Of a stretch of 64,000 nt of DNA, positions 13,613 to 27,285 are shown piece by piece. The notes beneath the pieces are model-generated. The model saw nothing but the letters and a program-made list of their open reading frames with translations, was not told the origin of the DNA and did no database searches. This DNA is from Camelus dromedarius (taxonomy: Eukaryota). The stretch is from positions 61,506,001 through 61,570,000 of the forward strand of contig NC_087436.1 of NCBI RefSeq assembly GCF_036321535.1. Direction: 5' to 3'. How positions within the stretch are numbered: position 1 is the first letter of the stretch; each line of letters opens with the position of its first letter. The position numbers and the translations under genes are program-made.

Positions 13613-15877
13613 CAAGTCTCCTAACATAATCTGTTTCCAAAACACCTTAATAATAGCTGTTCATTCAAAGATACTTACTGGGCACTTGCTATTCAGAATA
13701 CATTGTTAGAGCTAGGACAACAAAAATTGAAAGGGAATTCTTTCATGTCCAAATGTGAAACCCTTTATTCAGTCCAGTCAGTTAGCAAAATAAATTTAGC
13801 CAGCCACTTTGGTTTTAGTGATATCAGATCAACCTTGCCCTAGCTGGTCCATAAAGGAATCACAAAATCTCTCAAAGCCTGATCTACCATCCTGGTAAAC
13901 AAATACGATCTAACTTACTTGTAAGGGCTTTTGATACCTTAACTTACACTTGATTTGTCAGATACAAGAAATCATTTCTTCAGTGTAGTAGATTTAACCC
14001 TATACGAATAGTGTCAGTGGACTTGTATTCATGGTGCAAGACTCAGTTGACAATATAGAATGTATAAACTTCAAATGCTTGATAGTATCCCCACATTTGA
14101 ATGATCTGTCTTAGTCCTGTAGAAAGTTCAGCTGAGACACAATAATTGGTGGGTTACTCTAAGAGGCACATCATCCATAAATCCTCCTGATTCTAAGCTT
14201 TAAACCTGTATCAGGTTAGCTCAGTATATATTGCACTACATACTGTAGAGCATTATTAAACTCTGTCCTTGGTTTTTAATTGCAGTTGTATGAGAAATAG
14301 CCTTATGTAGAGCTCTGCATATTTGTAGTAAAACAGCAATTAAGGATGTTATTCGTGATTTCTTATAAGGACCCACATCCTCATATATATTTTTTATATA
14401 TATATATAATTTTTTTTTTCAGAATTTGGGTAAGATAAACTTTGTGACTCATTGGGTATATGATATATAGAAAGTTCAAAGCTAAGCCTTTTGCCTGGTT
14501 TCCTTTATCCTGAGTTTTATTTTATAACTATTTTCCTTCTTTCTTCCCACATATTGCCTGAGTCATTTTTTTTTCCTGTGCTTTTGAAAATAGTTTTATT
14601 GTATTGATAACTTGCATTGTGGTTTGAATTAATTATTTTTGGATGTAGTTGGAGGCATAAATAAATAACACCTAAATAAATAATAGATTTGTCTTTAGGC
14701 ATCCATATTCTCTATTACGAACATTCATTGCAGGAGTTAATTGGAAATGGAACTAAATATTACTTTGATTAATTAGTGTTCATTAAGTTCCCTTGGTGTA
14801 CTTTATAGAACCCAAGAAGCTTCTGGTAACTGCTCTGACATAGCTTGAACGGTACTTTTGGAGAGAGCACTGAATTTTTCCTGTATTTTAATGAGTATTA
14901 TATATACAGATTAATTATTTTTGTTCAACATTTCATATTGTTCCTTTTGCTTTGAAATGAAAACTGTAAATACTTGAATAAATTAGTTGAAAAGTTGTTT
15001 ACCATCACTGTAACTCACATACGTATTTTCATGCCCTTGGCTGAAATGTAATTTTCTGATGCCTGACACAGGTAATGATGTTTAATGAATCACAGGCAAG
15101 TTCATTTTTAGCTTCTTTATACTAGGAAAAAGAAGACCAGAACTCTCTTCCATTATTCACATAAGTAAGAAAATACAGAAATGTCCAAGCTGCTCATGGT
15201 CTAGAAAACAATCTGAGACTTATTAGCACACCTGTTCTTCACAGTACCCTTAGTGGAGCACAAAATTCTCCAGAAACGTAAGTATCAACCCCATCTTAAA
15301 TTGGAGCAACACTGTCCTACTGATAGAAACGAATATATTAGTATACAGACCTGGTTAGCCAGGGACAAAATCTTGACCTTGGTGTTCTGTCAGCAACTCT
15401 TCTGCTTTTTGGGCACTTGGCTCTCAAAAAAAAAAGAAGAAAAAAACCTAAAAAACTCAGCATCCTTGAGTTTGTGTTTCCTAGATGGAATTTAGCAAAA
15501 CACTCTTTCTGCAAGATACACTGTGGGAATAGGGATTCTTGATCAAATACATGTGGAAAATACGACATACCACGCCTCCATTTTCTTGGAGGGTCATAAT
15601 TTCTATTAGTATCAAGGCTCTAAGAACTCCAGCAGGAAAGAAATACATTTTTAAATCTAACACTTTCTTAGAAAAAAATTTTCTTCTCAGAACAAGCAAA
15701 CAAACAATTAACAACCTGAGGAATTATTCTAGTTACTATTTTTATTGCTGTTTTCATGTTCCATGGAGTAAATTTTGGTCAGGGATGCTTTAGGAATTTT
15801 CTTCTATCACTCAGGGCTTATTCTTGTCTCTTATAGAATCATGGAGCATTGGAAGGGCCTCAGAAGATGGTGCAGCC

Positions 15878-16066
15878 CAGTGGTTTTCGCACTGGGACAT
15901 GCACGACAACAATCTATGGAAGATTTGTTAAAATATGGATTGCTGGGCTTTACCCTTGAAGTTTTGGGTTCAGTAGGTCTAAATTAGGAGGCTAAGGATT
16001 TGCATTCTAACAAGTTCCTAGGTGATTCCGGTGCTGCTGGTCTGGGATGATCCTTTGAAAACCCTG
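15878..16066. mobile_element. MER5A hAT-Charlie MITE
   Basis: Terminal 'cagtggttttc...tttgaaaaccctg' and internal 'atttgcattctaacaagttcctaggtgat...gctgctggtctggga'. Confidence 0.85.
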
Positions 16067-16334
16067 ATGTAGTGGTTTGATGTAGTCCACTATATCTTCC
16101 CCTACTTCCAGTGTTTAAAATTTCCTTAGACTTTTTTTTTACTCTCAATTTCCTCAAATACCCTTAATTGTCTAGGACACATCACTTATCCCCAAACCAT
16201 TAGGCCTGAATATATGAACCAGGTGGTCACTCATTAGCTGTGTAGTTATTTCTGGAAAGAGCATCAACCTGTTCTCTCAGTGACCTCCACTGCCTCTGGC
16301 TGCCTTGGTTCTTTAATTGTTTGTCAATCTGGAT

Positions 16335-16615
16335 ATTCATCCATTTACTTTTTGAATAGTTGCTTGCTGGGTGTACTATATATTGGGCACTCTTTTAGAT
16401 GCTGGGCATATAGTGGAAAACAAAACAGACGCAGGTCCTTACTCTCATGGAGTTTACATTGTAGGAGGGGAAATATCTTAGGGAGAATAAATGAAAATGA
16501 ACAAACAAAAACAAAACATAGTAATGCTAGAGAGAATGTCTGTCAAGGAGTAACCAATACTGTGGTCAGAAAATGGCCTCTCTGAGGAGGTGGCATCTGA
16601 GGTGAGGCCCCAGTA
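16335..16615 (-). mobile_element. L2 3' fragment
   Basis: 'tgggcactcttttagatgctgggcatatagtggaaaacaaaacagac...ctctcatggagtttacattgtag'. Confidence 0.8.
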
Positions 16616-17469
16616 GCTTATCTTTCTTTTTAGATTATTCTCCTTTGGATTCGGTCACCTAATGTCTGAATTGATTATTTCACTGTTAGCCTCGCTAATT
16701 AGGATTTTGACACTGTTTGGACTACCTTCCTACAGCTTTGCTGGTTTGCTTATGGCTATAGATAGATATGTTTCCGTTCCAGGGACCTTCATTCCATAAG
16801 CTTTGTCATTCCTGGCCATTCCTCCCTTCCCAACCCCCAACTCTCCCTCCACCTCTTTGACCTACCAGCCAGAGTGAGTAAGGTATTTGCCTACTTAACG
16901 AACTCTATTCTTGAACAGTTCCTGAAAAGATATGTACATTTTGAAGTAAGCTTTTCCATCCCTGAAATGTTCTTTAAGAAAACTTTAAAAAATCTAAAAA
17001 TAAATTTAGATTCTCTGTCATTTTTCTTCCTAATTATAACCATTGGGGTAATATAGGTCTAATTCAACCACTCTATACATTACGGCTCTTTGGATATTTG
17101 ATGACAGCCAGTATGTCCTCCATATCTCCTGTGAGATTCTTCTTTTTATGCCAAACTTCCCTATTGCCTTCGAGTCCATCATTCCTCATTGAATGTGGCT
17201 TCAAATCTCTTCTCTTTCTTGCTTTCTCTCTTCATATGTCCTTTATATTGTCTTTAACCAATCTTCCAGATGTGGTTTGAATAACAGCAAAGGATTGTTG
17301 CTTCTTCTTGAACTAATTACTATTCATCTATAATGCACAGGGGCTTTTTATTTCTTTAACTTTGAATATTAATATCATTTTTAAAAACTCAAATTGAGTT
17401 TGACTAATCTCTTCTTCCCTAATTATGTTTTTCTGCAGATTTTCTGCAGTGAAATCATGCCCCTCCATC

Positions 17470-17715
17470 ATTACCCTTACATAGCACTCACTTTATGTCA
17501 GGCACTTTTCTAACACATTAACTCATTTTATTCTTAAAAAAATTATGAAATTGAAACTATAATTAACCCTATTTTATAGATAAAGAGAACAAGTCACAAT
17601 GAGGTCAAATGACTTGTCTAAAGTCACACAGCTATTTACAAGTGAAATTGATGGTGCCAGAATCTGAACCCTTATAGCCCTGTTCTAGTGTCTGTGCTCT
17701 GAACCATTCTGCTGT
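17470..17715 (-). mobile_element. MIR SINE
   Basis: 'tatgtcaggcact...cctattttatagataaagaga...aatgacttgtctaaagtcacacagct'. Confidence 0.85.
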
Positions 17716-17719
17716 AATG

Positions 17720-17895
17720 CTCTTAATCCTGTTACAGTCCAGTACAAAACCTTTTTATTATCCCTGTGAAATTTCATGTTGTAAGATTTACTCCGATCTC
17801 TCCAGTCTATCAAGATTGTTTTGTGGCTGTGCCATCCAATGCATTCAATATTCCTAACAAATTCATATGTTCCATAAATATTAAAACAATCCATT
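17720..17895 (-). mobile_element. CR1/L3 LINE reverse-transcriptase remnant
   Basis: Minus-strand translation '..YNMKFHRDNKKVLYW' matches the CR1 RT motif MKFNxDKCKVLHLG. Confidence 0.65.
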
Positions 17896-17902
17896 AAAGT
17901 AC

Positions 17903-17960
<58 letters not shown>
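17903..17960. repeat. (TCTA)n / (GATA)n tetranucleotide microsatellite, about 14 perfect units
   Basis: Read directly from sequence. Confidence 0.98.
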
Positions 17961-18778
17961 ATCCATCAATCTCTTTACAACTGACATCTCGTCCATTGTC
18001 TATTCACATGTTCTCAGAGCCTTCAGCTGATGAAAATTTTACTGTTTCTCAAGTTGAATGCATGCTGCCTGTGGCTTCCCTTCCTACCCTTTATTTCATA
18101 TTCTGGTGAAGAATTTGACCTAGGTGACTGGTAGAAGTCACCCTGTATCTCCTACAAGGAAACAAAGGGCATGTATTGAAGTGGATGTTAAAAGGCAAGT
18201 TGTATGAACTTCAGGTTTCCTTTTAGGCAGTGATCATAGAAATAGAGGGCAAAGCTTAGCAGATAATTAAGGTTGATAGAAGTCCTTTAACATTAAGAAG
18301 GACATCATAAACACCTTTACAGTTTGGAGGGATTTGGCCAACAATTGTGTAGAAGGTAGCTGGAAGAAATGATAGCTAGAGTCATGCTATGAGTCCATGA
18401 GGTTAGAAAAAAATGTAAGAACTATTGCTGGTGAGGGATGCTGGGATTGTAACTTCTGCTTAAGGACTCTGCTGTAATGACCTGAAAAAGTGTGGATCCA
18501 GTGAGAAAGGAATGTATGCACTGCACTGAAAGAGGTACTATTAATATGCTTCATAGTATGTAACATTGTGTAGCATTTGGTCAAAATAAGTGGTCAATAA
18601 CTGTCAGTTTCTTTAACTGTTTATTAAGTCAAGTATTAATAAACCTCGCAGTTTTGAATTTCCATAGGGTAAAAGGTGGCAGCTAGATAATCTTTGAAAT
18701 TATTTTATTATAGTGATAATGGGAGACAAATATAGAAACAATTATTTGTTCTGTTTACTATCATATGTCTAGATAGAG

Positions 18779-18991
18779 GAGGGCTTCTCAGTAGCAGCAC
18801 TTTTGACATTTGGAGTGGGACAAATCCTTGTTGTGGGAGGCTACCCTGTACACTGTAGGATGGTTAGCAGAATATCAGCCTGGTCTCTACTCACTAAATG
18901 CCATGAGCATCCTCTCATTTGTGATAGCCAAAAGTGTATCCAGACTTTTTTGTCCCCTAGGGGTTAAAATTAGTCCTGTTGAGAACCACTG
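18779..18991. mobile_element. MER20 hAT-Charlie MITE
   Basis: 'gcacttttgacatttgg...ctgtacactgtaggatggttagcag...ctctactcactaaatgcca...gttgagaaccactg'. Confidence 0.9.
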
Positions 18992-21900
18992 AGCTAGAAC
19001 ATCAAACATAACAGACACTCAAATATTTATTGAAAGAATTAGAAAAAAACGGATGAATGAGATGTATTTTTTTTCTGCCACATTCATATTAATTCTTTGT
19101 TGCTGAACACATCAATAACTGAGAGAAGGGCTTGAAATCAGGTTTTAAGAGAGTGTTTTTGTTAGATAATATCCGAGCCAAGAAGAATGTGCATTTAGGA
19201 TTAAATCCTACACAAAGTAGCAGAAGCTGTTCTCCCATCCTGTGAACCCTTAGATTACTCACCTACCAAACCTTCTGCCTGAATGATGAATAAAATTCCA
19301 CCAGTCACAATTCACTCCATTTCCTGAAGAGTTCATTAAAAAAAAGAAAGGAAAAGAAAAACTCCAGAAAGAATTATTAAATCCTTATTGTTAACAAGAG
19401 TGAGATCATGCATTTGATATTTTCTCAAATACTATTAGATATGAGCACCTGGAGAGCCCTTAGACCTTTAGAAGTTTTAGAGGTCACGATGGAAAGAAGA
19501 GAAAGTAAAGGCAAACTTCACCAACCACTGAACTTTCCAGGCAGTCTTACCAGTGTTATTTGTTCATTAAATATACATGCACAGTCTCCAGGACACATAG
19601 AAAACATTAAATACCCAAATATGCAAGGTCATGACACCTAGAAACAAGTTTTCTGCTCTAAATGCTAATCTCATGATGATCGTTGAATACTTTTCTTAAA
19701 TAGTAGTTAATTTGAAGATTAATTTCCCCTCTTTGTATTTCCACAACTGTTGATCTCTGTGAAGATCTAGTTTTAAAGCCTCCAGATTTAATTGTCACAA
19801 GAATTCTCAGCCAAGTAACAGTCTTTGAGCATAAGCTGCCAAGATGCTGTCTTCAGAATAGGCTCTGCTATCTGTTATTCAGGTCCTTGCTTGAATTGAT
19901 TTCTGCTTATTATTCATTAAAATACATTTGTTAAAAATGTTTATGCATGGCCTGAAGTCTAAATCATAGATAATTTTGTGCTGCATTGACTGATTAAAAT
20001 AATGAGTTTCAGTCTCCCACTTAGAGGTTGTCATTCTCGTCATTTAAGCAAAGTTGTAGTAATCATACCTACAGGAGAGTGAGGGTATTTCTCTTGACCA
20101 ATACAATTACCACATACTGTATATAAAGGGTAACAGGAGTATTTCTCACAAGAAGAATTTCTCATGGAGTAGATTGAGCTGCTTGCAGCAGTAGATGGTT
20201 ACCTTGAAGCAATCCTTGGGACAGTGTATTCAGTTCAATTCCATGGCCATTTATTGCTTACCTATTGATACTGAGGAAAGAAGAGTCAGTTACTTGCTGG
20301 GCAGAAGAGTAGATTTCCTTTCCAGACATTTAAATATTATGGGATATTCCTTTGTATGTTCACTCACTTACCTAGACACTGACAAAATGAAAGAGAATGA
20401 TGACAGTATTAAGAAGGGTTTCACAGTCTACATCTTTGTGGCTCCTTCGGGATATGGACCACATTGGTCTTTGCTATGATATTTCTAGAAGCCTTTCATT
20501 TGTCTGTATGACAGAATTTTCTGAGGAATGATCTAGTACTCAAAATGTCCATAACTTCAGTAAATATTCTTACCCATCATAGCTGGTTCCTTTTACAACT
20601 GAGTTTGTTTCATGAGAAGAAAGGGCAATTTATAACTTCTTCCTTATTCATTTCTGGGCTTGCATGAATGTCTGTGGGCTTTTGCTCATGATTTATAGCC
20701 CAACACAACATTATGGATTATCTGCAGGAAATCTGCTGGATTCTGGTCATGTTTATCTTGGGAGTCTCAGAATCTGTTTTGGCAAGAAGGCTCTATTCTG
20801 CAGCTTTCTGAGGAGGGGTAACACATTACAATGTTCAAAATTTTGACTCTTGTGTTGTGGATTGGTACATATGCCTTTCTTCACTCACCTGAATTGTTCC
20901 ATCCTCCTGTAGTATTGCTATTCCAGAGGAAACAGACTTTGGTGATAAAACCAGATGAAGGAGAACTTTTACAGCCCCATTTTCTTTTTGTTGGATATTA
21001 TTTTTTCATTGTGGGAAAGAAAAAGCATTTTCAAAATATGGTAAGTGACATATATTGTAAATCATGGAGACTGACTAACTCTGCCTTGGAGATTCTTTAA
21101 ATTTCTAAATTAAAGACTATTGGAATTTTAATGTTTTTATTTGAGGAGTCTAGACATTTATCAAATAGTAGATATAAACTCACAGAAACAAAGCATCTTT
21201 CGTAATGAATAACAGAAGTGGCCCACTTATTCCATCACCAAAATATGGCTACTAGGATTATGATTCCTAAAAGAAGAGCTACTAAACTGTATTACCTGAA
21301 ACTCCTATGGATTTTCCTTACACACCCAGGGGACAAGCAACTTCCCAGGCAGAAAAAAATGGCTCATTTCTTTGGCCTTGTTCCTCCCTTTTTATACTTT
21401 CTCCCAGTTTCTTCCCAAGTGCATAATAAATATTACTGACTACTTCTTAAAATCAGGAATTCAGGAGAAGGTACTTGGTTGCACAGACTTGTGTGTGAAA
21501 CACATGCCAATCATTGGCTCCTCTTCTTTGGAGATGAGTTATACCTATGTGACCAATGTTTGTAGTAGACATGCTCCTACCCCTTGGGAAATGACTCAAT
21601 GGAGTTATCCATTTATGATTTTAGGAACAGAAGGGAAAACCAGCATGCTTGCATTTTCTTGTCTGCAGAAATTTTTATATTGATGTCATCTTTACTTACA
21701 AGTCCTCACCTTCTCTTTTGGCAGGGTGGAAGTTAAAGCTATTTTTAGTTTGTCTAGAATTATGTTTGGAAACATAGTTGCTTGAGGACAAAGTGTGTGT
21801 GCAACTGGGAATGTATACATAGTGGAAAAAAAAAAACTAGACCTACAGTGCAGTTAGAATGAACTGTACAGCGAGTACATTATATGCAACCCAAGAGGAA

Positions 21901-23394
21901 GCATTTTTTTCCCCGTGAGTTTTGTGACACATGTCAGTGGGTAAAGTTGTTTTTCATATTTTCAGTAAATGAATGTCAAACCTGAAGCCTTTTTTTTATT
22001 GCAAAAATAGGCTCCACGGTATTAAATAAATCATGCATAGATCATGACATTCATCCACAGCCTAAGAGCTCGTTTTGAAAGAGGTGAGCTTGTGTTCTGA
22101 AGCTGAACCTTAGCTTGCATGTTATACACACACACTTTCACAACTACAAGCCAAGGTAAACATCATTTCATTGTAACCTTTTAAAATTCTTCAGCATAAT
22201 GAGTAGCTATGACATGAATAAGTATGCCAAAAAAACCTCTTCAACAAACCTATTCTCATGCTTCATTTACATTATTCCCAGAACACAAATAGTAAGATAT
22301 TAAAACTGGGTAAGACTGTCAAATGAGATTCACTCACCTGACAGCTCTGTCACTTTAAATTGCTTTGTTGTTTATGCCACGGTTGCAATCTCAGCCCTGT
22401 TACTTGTTAATTGCTTAGTCAATGCAATTGTATCACAACAAATTTATCAGAATTTTAAGAGAAGAACTGTCTCTCACTTGGATATGAAATTACTTTGAAG
22501 GATTGAAGGTGATTATTATCATTAAATGTGACAAGCACAAAATAAAAAATTCTGATTTTAAATTCCTCTGCAGTAAAGACACAATAAAATTATATTTGGA
22601 GCCTTCTGATGAAGGAATGAAACATCATATGAGCAGATGACCATCAAATACATCAAATGAAATATTTATTGAGTAATTAAGAAGGGCAGAGCATTTTCAA
22701 TGTTTGTTAAAATCAAATGCATTGCACTTATGTGCACATAATTTGTGAATGTATTTGTGTGTGTATATGTGTATGTGGTCAGATTTGGTGAAAGCTTACT
22801 TGGGCACTGGCACTGGATTCATGACATTAAAGGATTCTTCAGACCCTGGCAACGGAATTCTTTTTGCTCTTCATTTTGAAGTCAGCTTTTGCCCTTACAA
22901 ACTCTGTTACACTTTGTATCTATGCTTATATTGTCTTCTTTCATTTAGAATCAAATTCTAACAAATTCACACTTTTTCAGGTAGCAAAGTATAGTAGGAA
23001 GAGCACCAGACCTTGTCTAAAACTGCACCTATCCTCATCTTTTCCTGCATTCTCTCCAAACCTCATTTTTCATAAATATTCATTATATTTGTAAATATTG
23101 CACCATTAGAAGACTGACCCAGCCCCAAATCTCATCATCATTTATTTTTCTCTCTCCTTATCTCACCTGTGCAACTCATCACCAATTCTGTTTTCATCTG
23201 CTACATGAATTGTTATTTTAGTTCAGGTCCTCTCATCATGTCTTCTTCTCTGCGTTAGTTCTTGATCTTCTTCAGACTTTACCTCCAACTTAGCTTCCAT
23301 GTTGGAAAACAAAAGGAAAGTTGATTTACCTTATTCTGGGGCTATAGTTAGTTGTTCATCTACTTCACCTGGAACATCTCTTTCAAAACGCATT

Positions 23395-23625
23395 TATAGT
23401 AGCAATTGATATTTATTAAGCACTTACTATATTCCAGGTATGGTTCTATGTGCCTCATTTAATCTTTATAACTAACTTATAAAGTTCATAGTATTCCTGT
23501 GTACCTCTTAAAGTACTGGGGAAATGGCAGCCCAGAAAGGGTCAGTAATTTGCTCAGGATGAGGGACAGAACTGGAAGACAGCAATATCAGGATCGGAAT
23601 CAGACTGGTTTGCCACCTGGGATGT
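23395..23625 (-). mobile_element. MIR SINE
   Basis: 'atttattaagcacttactatattccagg...ctcatttaatcttta...taatttgctcagga'. Confidence 0.75.
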
Positions 23626-24174
23626 TCATCCATTGGAAATGATTTTGTAGAACTCTTCTACTGGAATGTGAATTCTTTCCATTTAGGGACTTTATACTTT
23701 TGTTCCCTGAGTCTAGGATGGTGTTAGGCTTAGAGTAGACATTCAGTATACATGTGCTAAATAAATGGTTAGGAGTTGCATCATTGGAAAAACTCATTCA
23801 ATTTTCTTGAAAATAATATTCTTCCTCATATGCAAAATTGGAATTATAATACCTACCAATAGAGAGAAATAGATGAGATAATTAAAGTAGAAGTGTTTAA
23901 AAACACCAATAGTCATACAAATGAAAGGGAATAATGTATTTTTATAAGAAACAGTTCAATAGATTGAATAGTATGTAAAGCCTACTATGTGCAAGATTCT
24001 ATTACTCTATTATTGGTGGCTCTTAGAGATATAACATGAATATAATATATATTGGTTCTTACCCTGCAGTTTCTTAGAATAAGGAGTCATCACCTAGCAA
24101 TTATAAATGGCTTTTCTAATGACACAGTCTTAACAGAGGCTGTGGATTATCTTAGCCAAAGACATATTGAAAAA

Positions 24175-24395
24175 TAAATTGATTCATTCATGCGTTTATT
24201 GTTGTCCATGCCCACTTTCCTAGGCCCTGAAGATATAGTGGTGAGGAAGTTAGACAAAGCCCCTGCTATGTGAAGGGAAAAGATGACAGACATATAAACT
24301 CATACTATAGGAAAAATGAAAGTAAAAGGATAGAAAGTGATGGGGTAGGTGAGACTATTTTATTTAAGTTATCTCTTCTTTGAAAAGATGGTTAA
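24175..24395 (-). mobile_element. L2 3' fragment
   Basis: 'ttcattcatgcgtttattg...taggccctgaagatatagtggtgag...gacaaagcccctgc'. Confidence 0.7.
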
Positions 24396-24789
24396 TATTA
24401 ATATTCTTAGGTAGACATCACTAGACTCTATCTATAATACAATATCCTTTTGGCATGACCATTGATTGAACATGGTCAGTACTCTGCCAATATTCTCTTG
24501 CTTCCCTTTACCACATCTGTGTGTGCAAACTTGATTTAAAATGGCCAGCATCTACGTCTTTGTACTGCTGAAACACACTTTACTGCCTCAAACCACATAC
24601 CAGAATCACCTGATCATTAATGTCACTCCAAGACAGCCCTTAATCAATAACATGGGTGTGAGGGTATAAATATTCTAGCTCTCCTTCATCCCTTGACCAA
24701 GATAACTCTGAGACATGCATTTTACACCACTTCCCAGATATAAAGCTTTAGTTTCCCATTGTGGCAGCTGCCTTTGCATCAAGCAGTCC

Positions 24790-25370
24790 AGTAATCTCTC
24801 GGCAGCAGTGTGGTGGTAGCTGCTAGGTTGGCTTGCCAACTTCCATAGATTTGACTGGTGAAGAGAAAATAAGCCCACATGGATTTAAAGAGTTTATTAC
24901 ACAGACAGCAAAAGCAAGATCAACATGGTGTTGACTCCCCACATCCTAGGATGTCACAGGACAATTTAGAACCAGAGGGGTCAGATGACAGACCACACAA
25001 GTAGTGAGTCACAATGTCATTGAGAAGCCATCTCTAAATTGCACCCAAGCAGTTGTGTAGTCTACAGTTGTACCCAAAGAGAGAGCAAGTTAGAAATTCC
25101 CATGTTTCACTAGAACCAGTGAGGCAGATGAGAAACTGCTTCATAACGGCCTTCCATAAGGTAGTGTCCCTCTTGCAAGAGAGGGACATGTATGAAAAGT
25201 GGTCTTGTGACAGCTTCTAAAAAGACTTCTTATCTTGTCATGTTCTAGAGTAGATCATAGTATGTTCCACAAAGACTTGGATTAGACTGTAGTTGAGCCT
25301 TGCCTAATGGAAACATCCAAAGTCACTATAGCACCATGATGGAACCATTCCACTACAATTTGTAATTTCT
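24790..25370. mobile_element. Unassigned ERV LTR-like segment nested in the LTR16
   Basis: Interrupts LTR16; carries 'gagtttattac' (antisense AATAAA) and has LTR-like composition; family not identified. Confidence 0.4.
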
Positions 25371-25374
25371 CCCT

Positions 25375-25805
25375 TGTAATGGTTAATTTTATGTGTCAGT
25401 TTGACTGAGCTAAGGGATGCTGGGATAGCTGTTAAAATATTATTTCTGAGTGTATTTGTGAGGGCGTGTCCAGAAGAGATTAGCATTTGAGTTGTTTGAC
25501 CGAGTAAAGTGGATTGCCCTCCCCAATGCAAGTGAGCATCATTCAGTCTGCTGAGGGCCTGAATAGAACAAAAACATGGGAGAAGAATAAATTTGTTCAT
25601 TCTGTTTGAGCTGAGACATCCATCTTCTCCTGCCTTCATGACAGTGACTTTCTACCTTGCTCCCCCTTTGGATGTAGATGCAGACTATGAAACTGTGCCT
25701 GGTTGTAATGTAGAGTTGACTCCTCATTGACCTCCTGGGACTAACTACTCATGTGACATCAGTGCTCCTGATTCTCAAGGTTTTGGTTCTAGGGCTTAAT
25801 ACACC
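25375..25805 (+). mobile_element. MLT2B-like ERVL LTR, 3'-truncated
   Basis: Start 'tgtaatggttaattttatgtgtcagtttgactgagctaagggatgc', plus 'gagggcctgaatagaacaaaaa' and 'gacatccatcttctcctgcc'. Confidence 0.9.
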
Positions 25806-26574
25806 TCTTTCCACTGTTCCTTGCAACTCCACATTACCTCTTTACTTCTCTGCTTGCATTTCTGCACCTCCCAAATAACCTGAATGCACTTAGTCCTTGT
25901 CTCAGGTCAGGGGACCCAACCAAGACACAAAATTATCTCTACAACCACATCCAAGAGAGCTGAGTATGCAGAACTGTCAGAGGGTTTTGTTATGGTACAG
26001 TTGTGAGCTTGGGCACAGAGGTCACAAGATTCATCTTGATTTCAGCTATAAAATACACATTTGTCTTAGAAAGGGTAAACAATAAGGATAGCAACTCAAC
26101 TTCACAAGATACTTGTATTATGAAAGATAAAATCCCTTTTTCTTTTCTGAAAGAAGAGCATGACTTTTAAGTGGAAACTTTTGGTATGAAGGTTTAAATA
26201 TGAGTGGACAAGGGGAGTTAGTGTTACTCTAAGAAAAAAAATAAAGCAGATGTGTGCAGGTATCATTGTAGACATTTACAAAAGGTTTGTGTGTGCAAAG
26301 CTCAGTAGGGATCTTGAAATATCTATGATTAGAAGAGATATCTTTTTAAGCAGAGGATATATATATATTTTTTAGCATTTCCAACACTTGCCACGCAGAG
26401 GTGGTTTTGGCAGTAGGAATTCTTCCATATAAATATTACTATTCAGATCCGAATTTAAGCACACAGATTTTACATCTCCTTCACATTCCAGTATTTGAAT
26501 CTGAGTAGTTTTGACTTCAAGGCGCCTATTCTTTGCATTTCACTATATCTGATATCTGTCCATATCTGGAACAA

Positions 26575-26830
26575 AGCTGATAGTAATAATAGCTAACATC
26601 TATTGCACATTTATTTTGTGCTAGCAAAATTCCAAGTGCTTTATGTATAACAACTCCTTTAATTCTCATACCAACCTAAGACATGGTTTTTATTGTTATC
26701 CTCATTTTTCATTTTAGGAAACTGGAACATAGAAATACTAAATTACCTACCCAAGATCAAAGATCTAATAAATGGTGAAGACAGTATTTAAATCCACACA
26801 ATTTGACACAGTCTTGATTTTAAAAACTAC
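26575..26830 (-). mobile_element. MIR SINE
   Basis: 'aatagctaacatctattgcacatttattttgtgc...tttaattctcatacca...aggaaactggaacatagaa'. Confidence 0.8.
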
Positions 26831-27285
26831 GTGTATATTTCACCAGCTTTTTTTAAATGATATATTAAAAGTACAGTTTAAAAACTAAATTTGATAGTTG
26901 TAGAAAGTCTTTCTCCAGAGTGCATGTAGAAAATCTTTATATTTAAGAGCTATGTGTAAAAATCAAAAGGCAAAATCATTTAAAGCAACTTTACTCAAAA
27001 TGTTAATGTTTACATGCAGAAATATTATTAAGAATTGACCTCGAATGGGAGGACCTTAGTAATGACAAAAAGTTGTGGTGATTAAAAAAAATGAAAAGTA
27101 ATTTTAAAACTCACCGCTTCTCTTGAGATCAAAAAGGAATTAATTAAAACACAACTGTTTTTAAACTTAAAATATGTAATTTATTTTTCCTCCACATTGA
27201 TAATAACTTAGTGTTTAATCAGTTCCTAATATCTATTTGAACTGAAAGTTGTTAATTAGTTAAAATCAATTTTGGGGGGTCTGGT

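Larger units (their letters stand above)
24475..25927. mobile_element. ERVL LTR16-like solo LTR, interrupted by nested LTR insertions
   Basis: LTR16 motifs 'cagcccttaatcaat...gggtataaata...gataactctgag' (24.6-24.8 kb) and terminus 'cacctcccaaataa...ttgtctcagg...gggacccaaccaagaca' (25.86-25.93 kb). Confidence 0.65.

Noticed and set aside
16620..17440. Possible further CR1/L3 sequence upstream of the RT remnant
   Set aside because: Resemblance too weak to support without a profile search.
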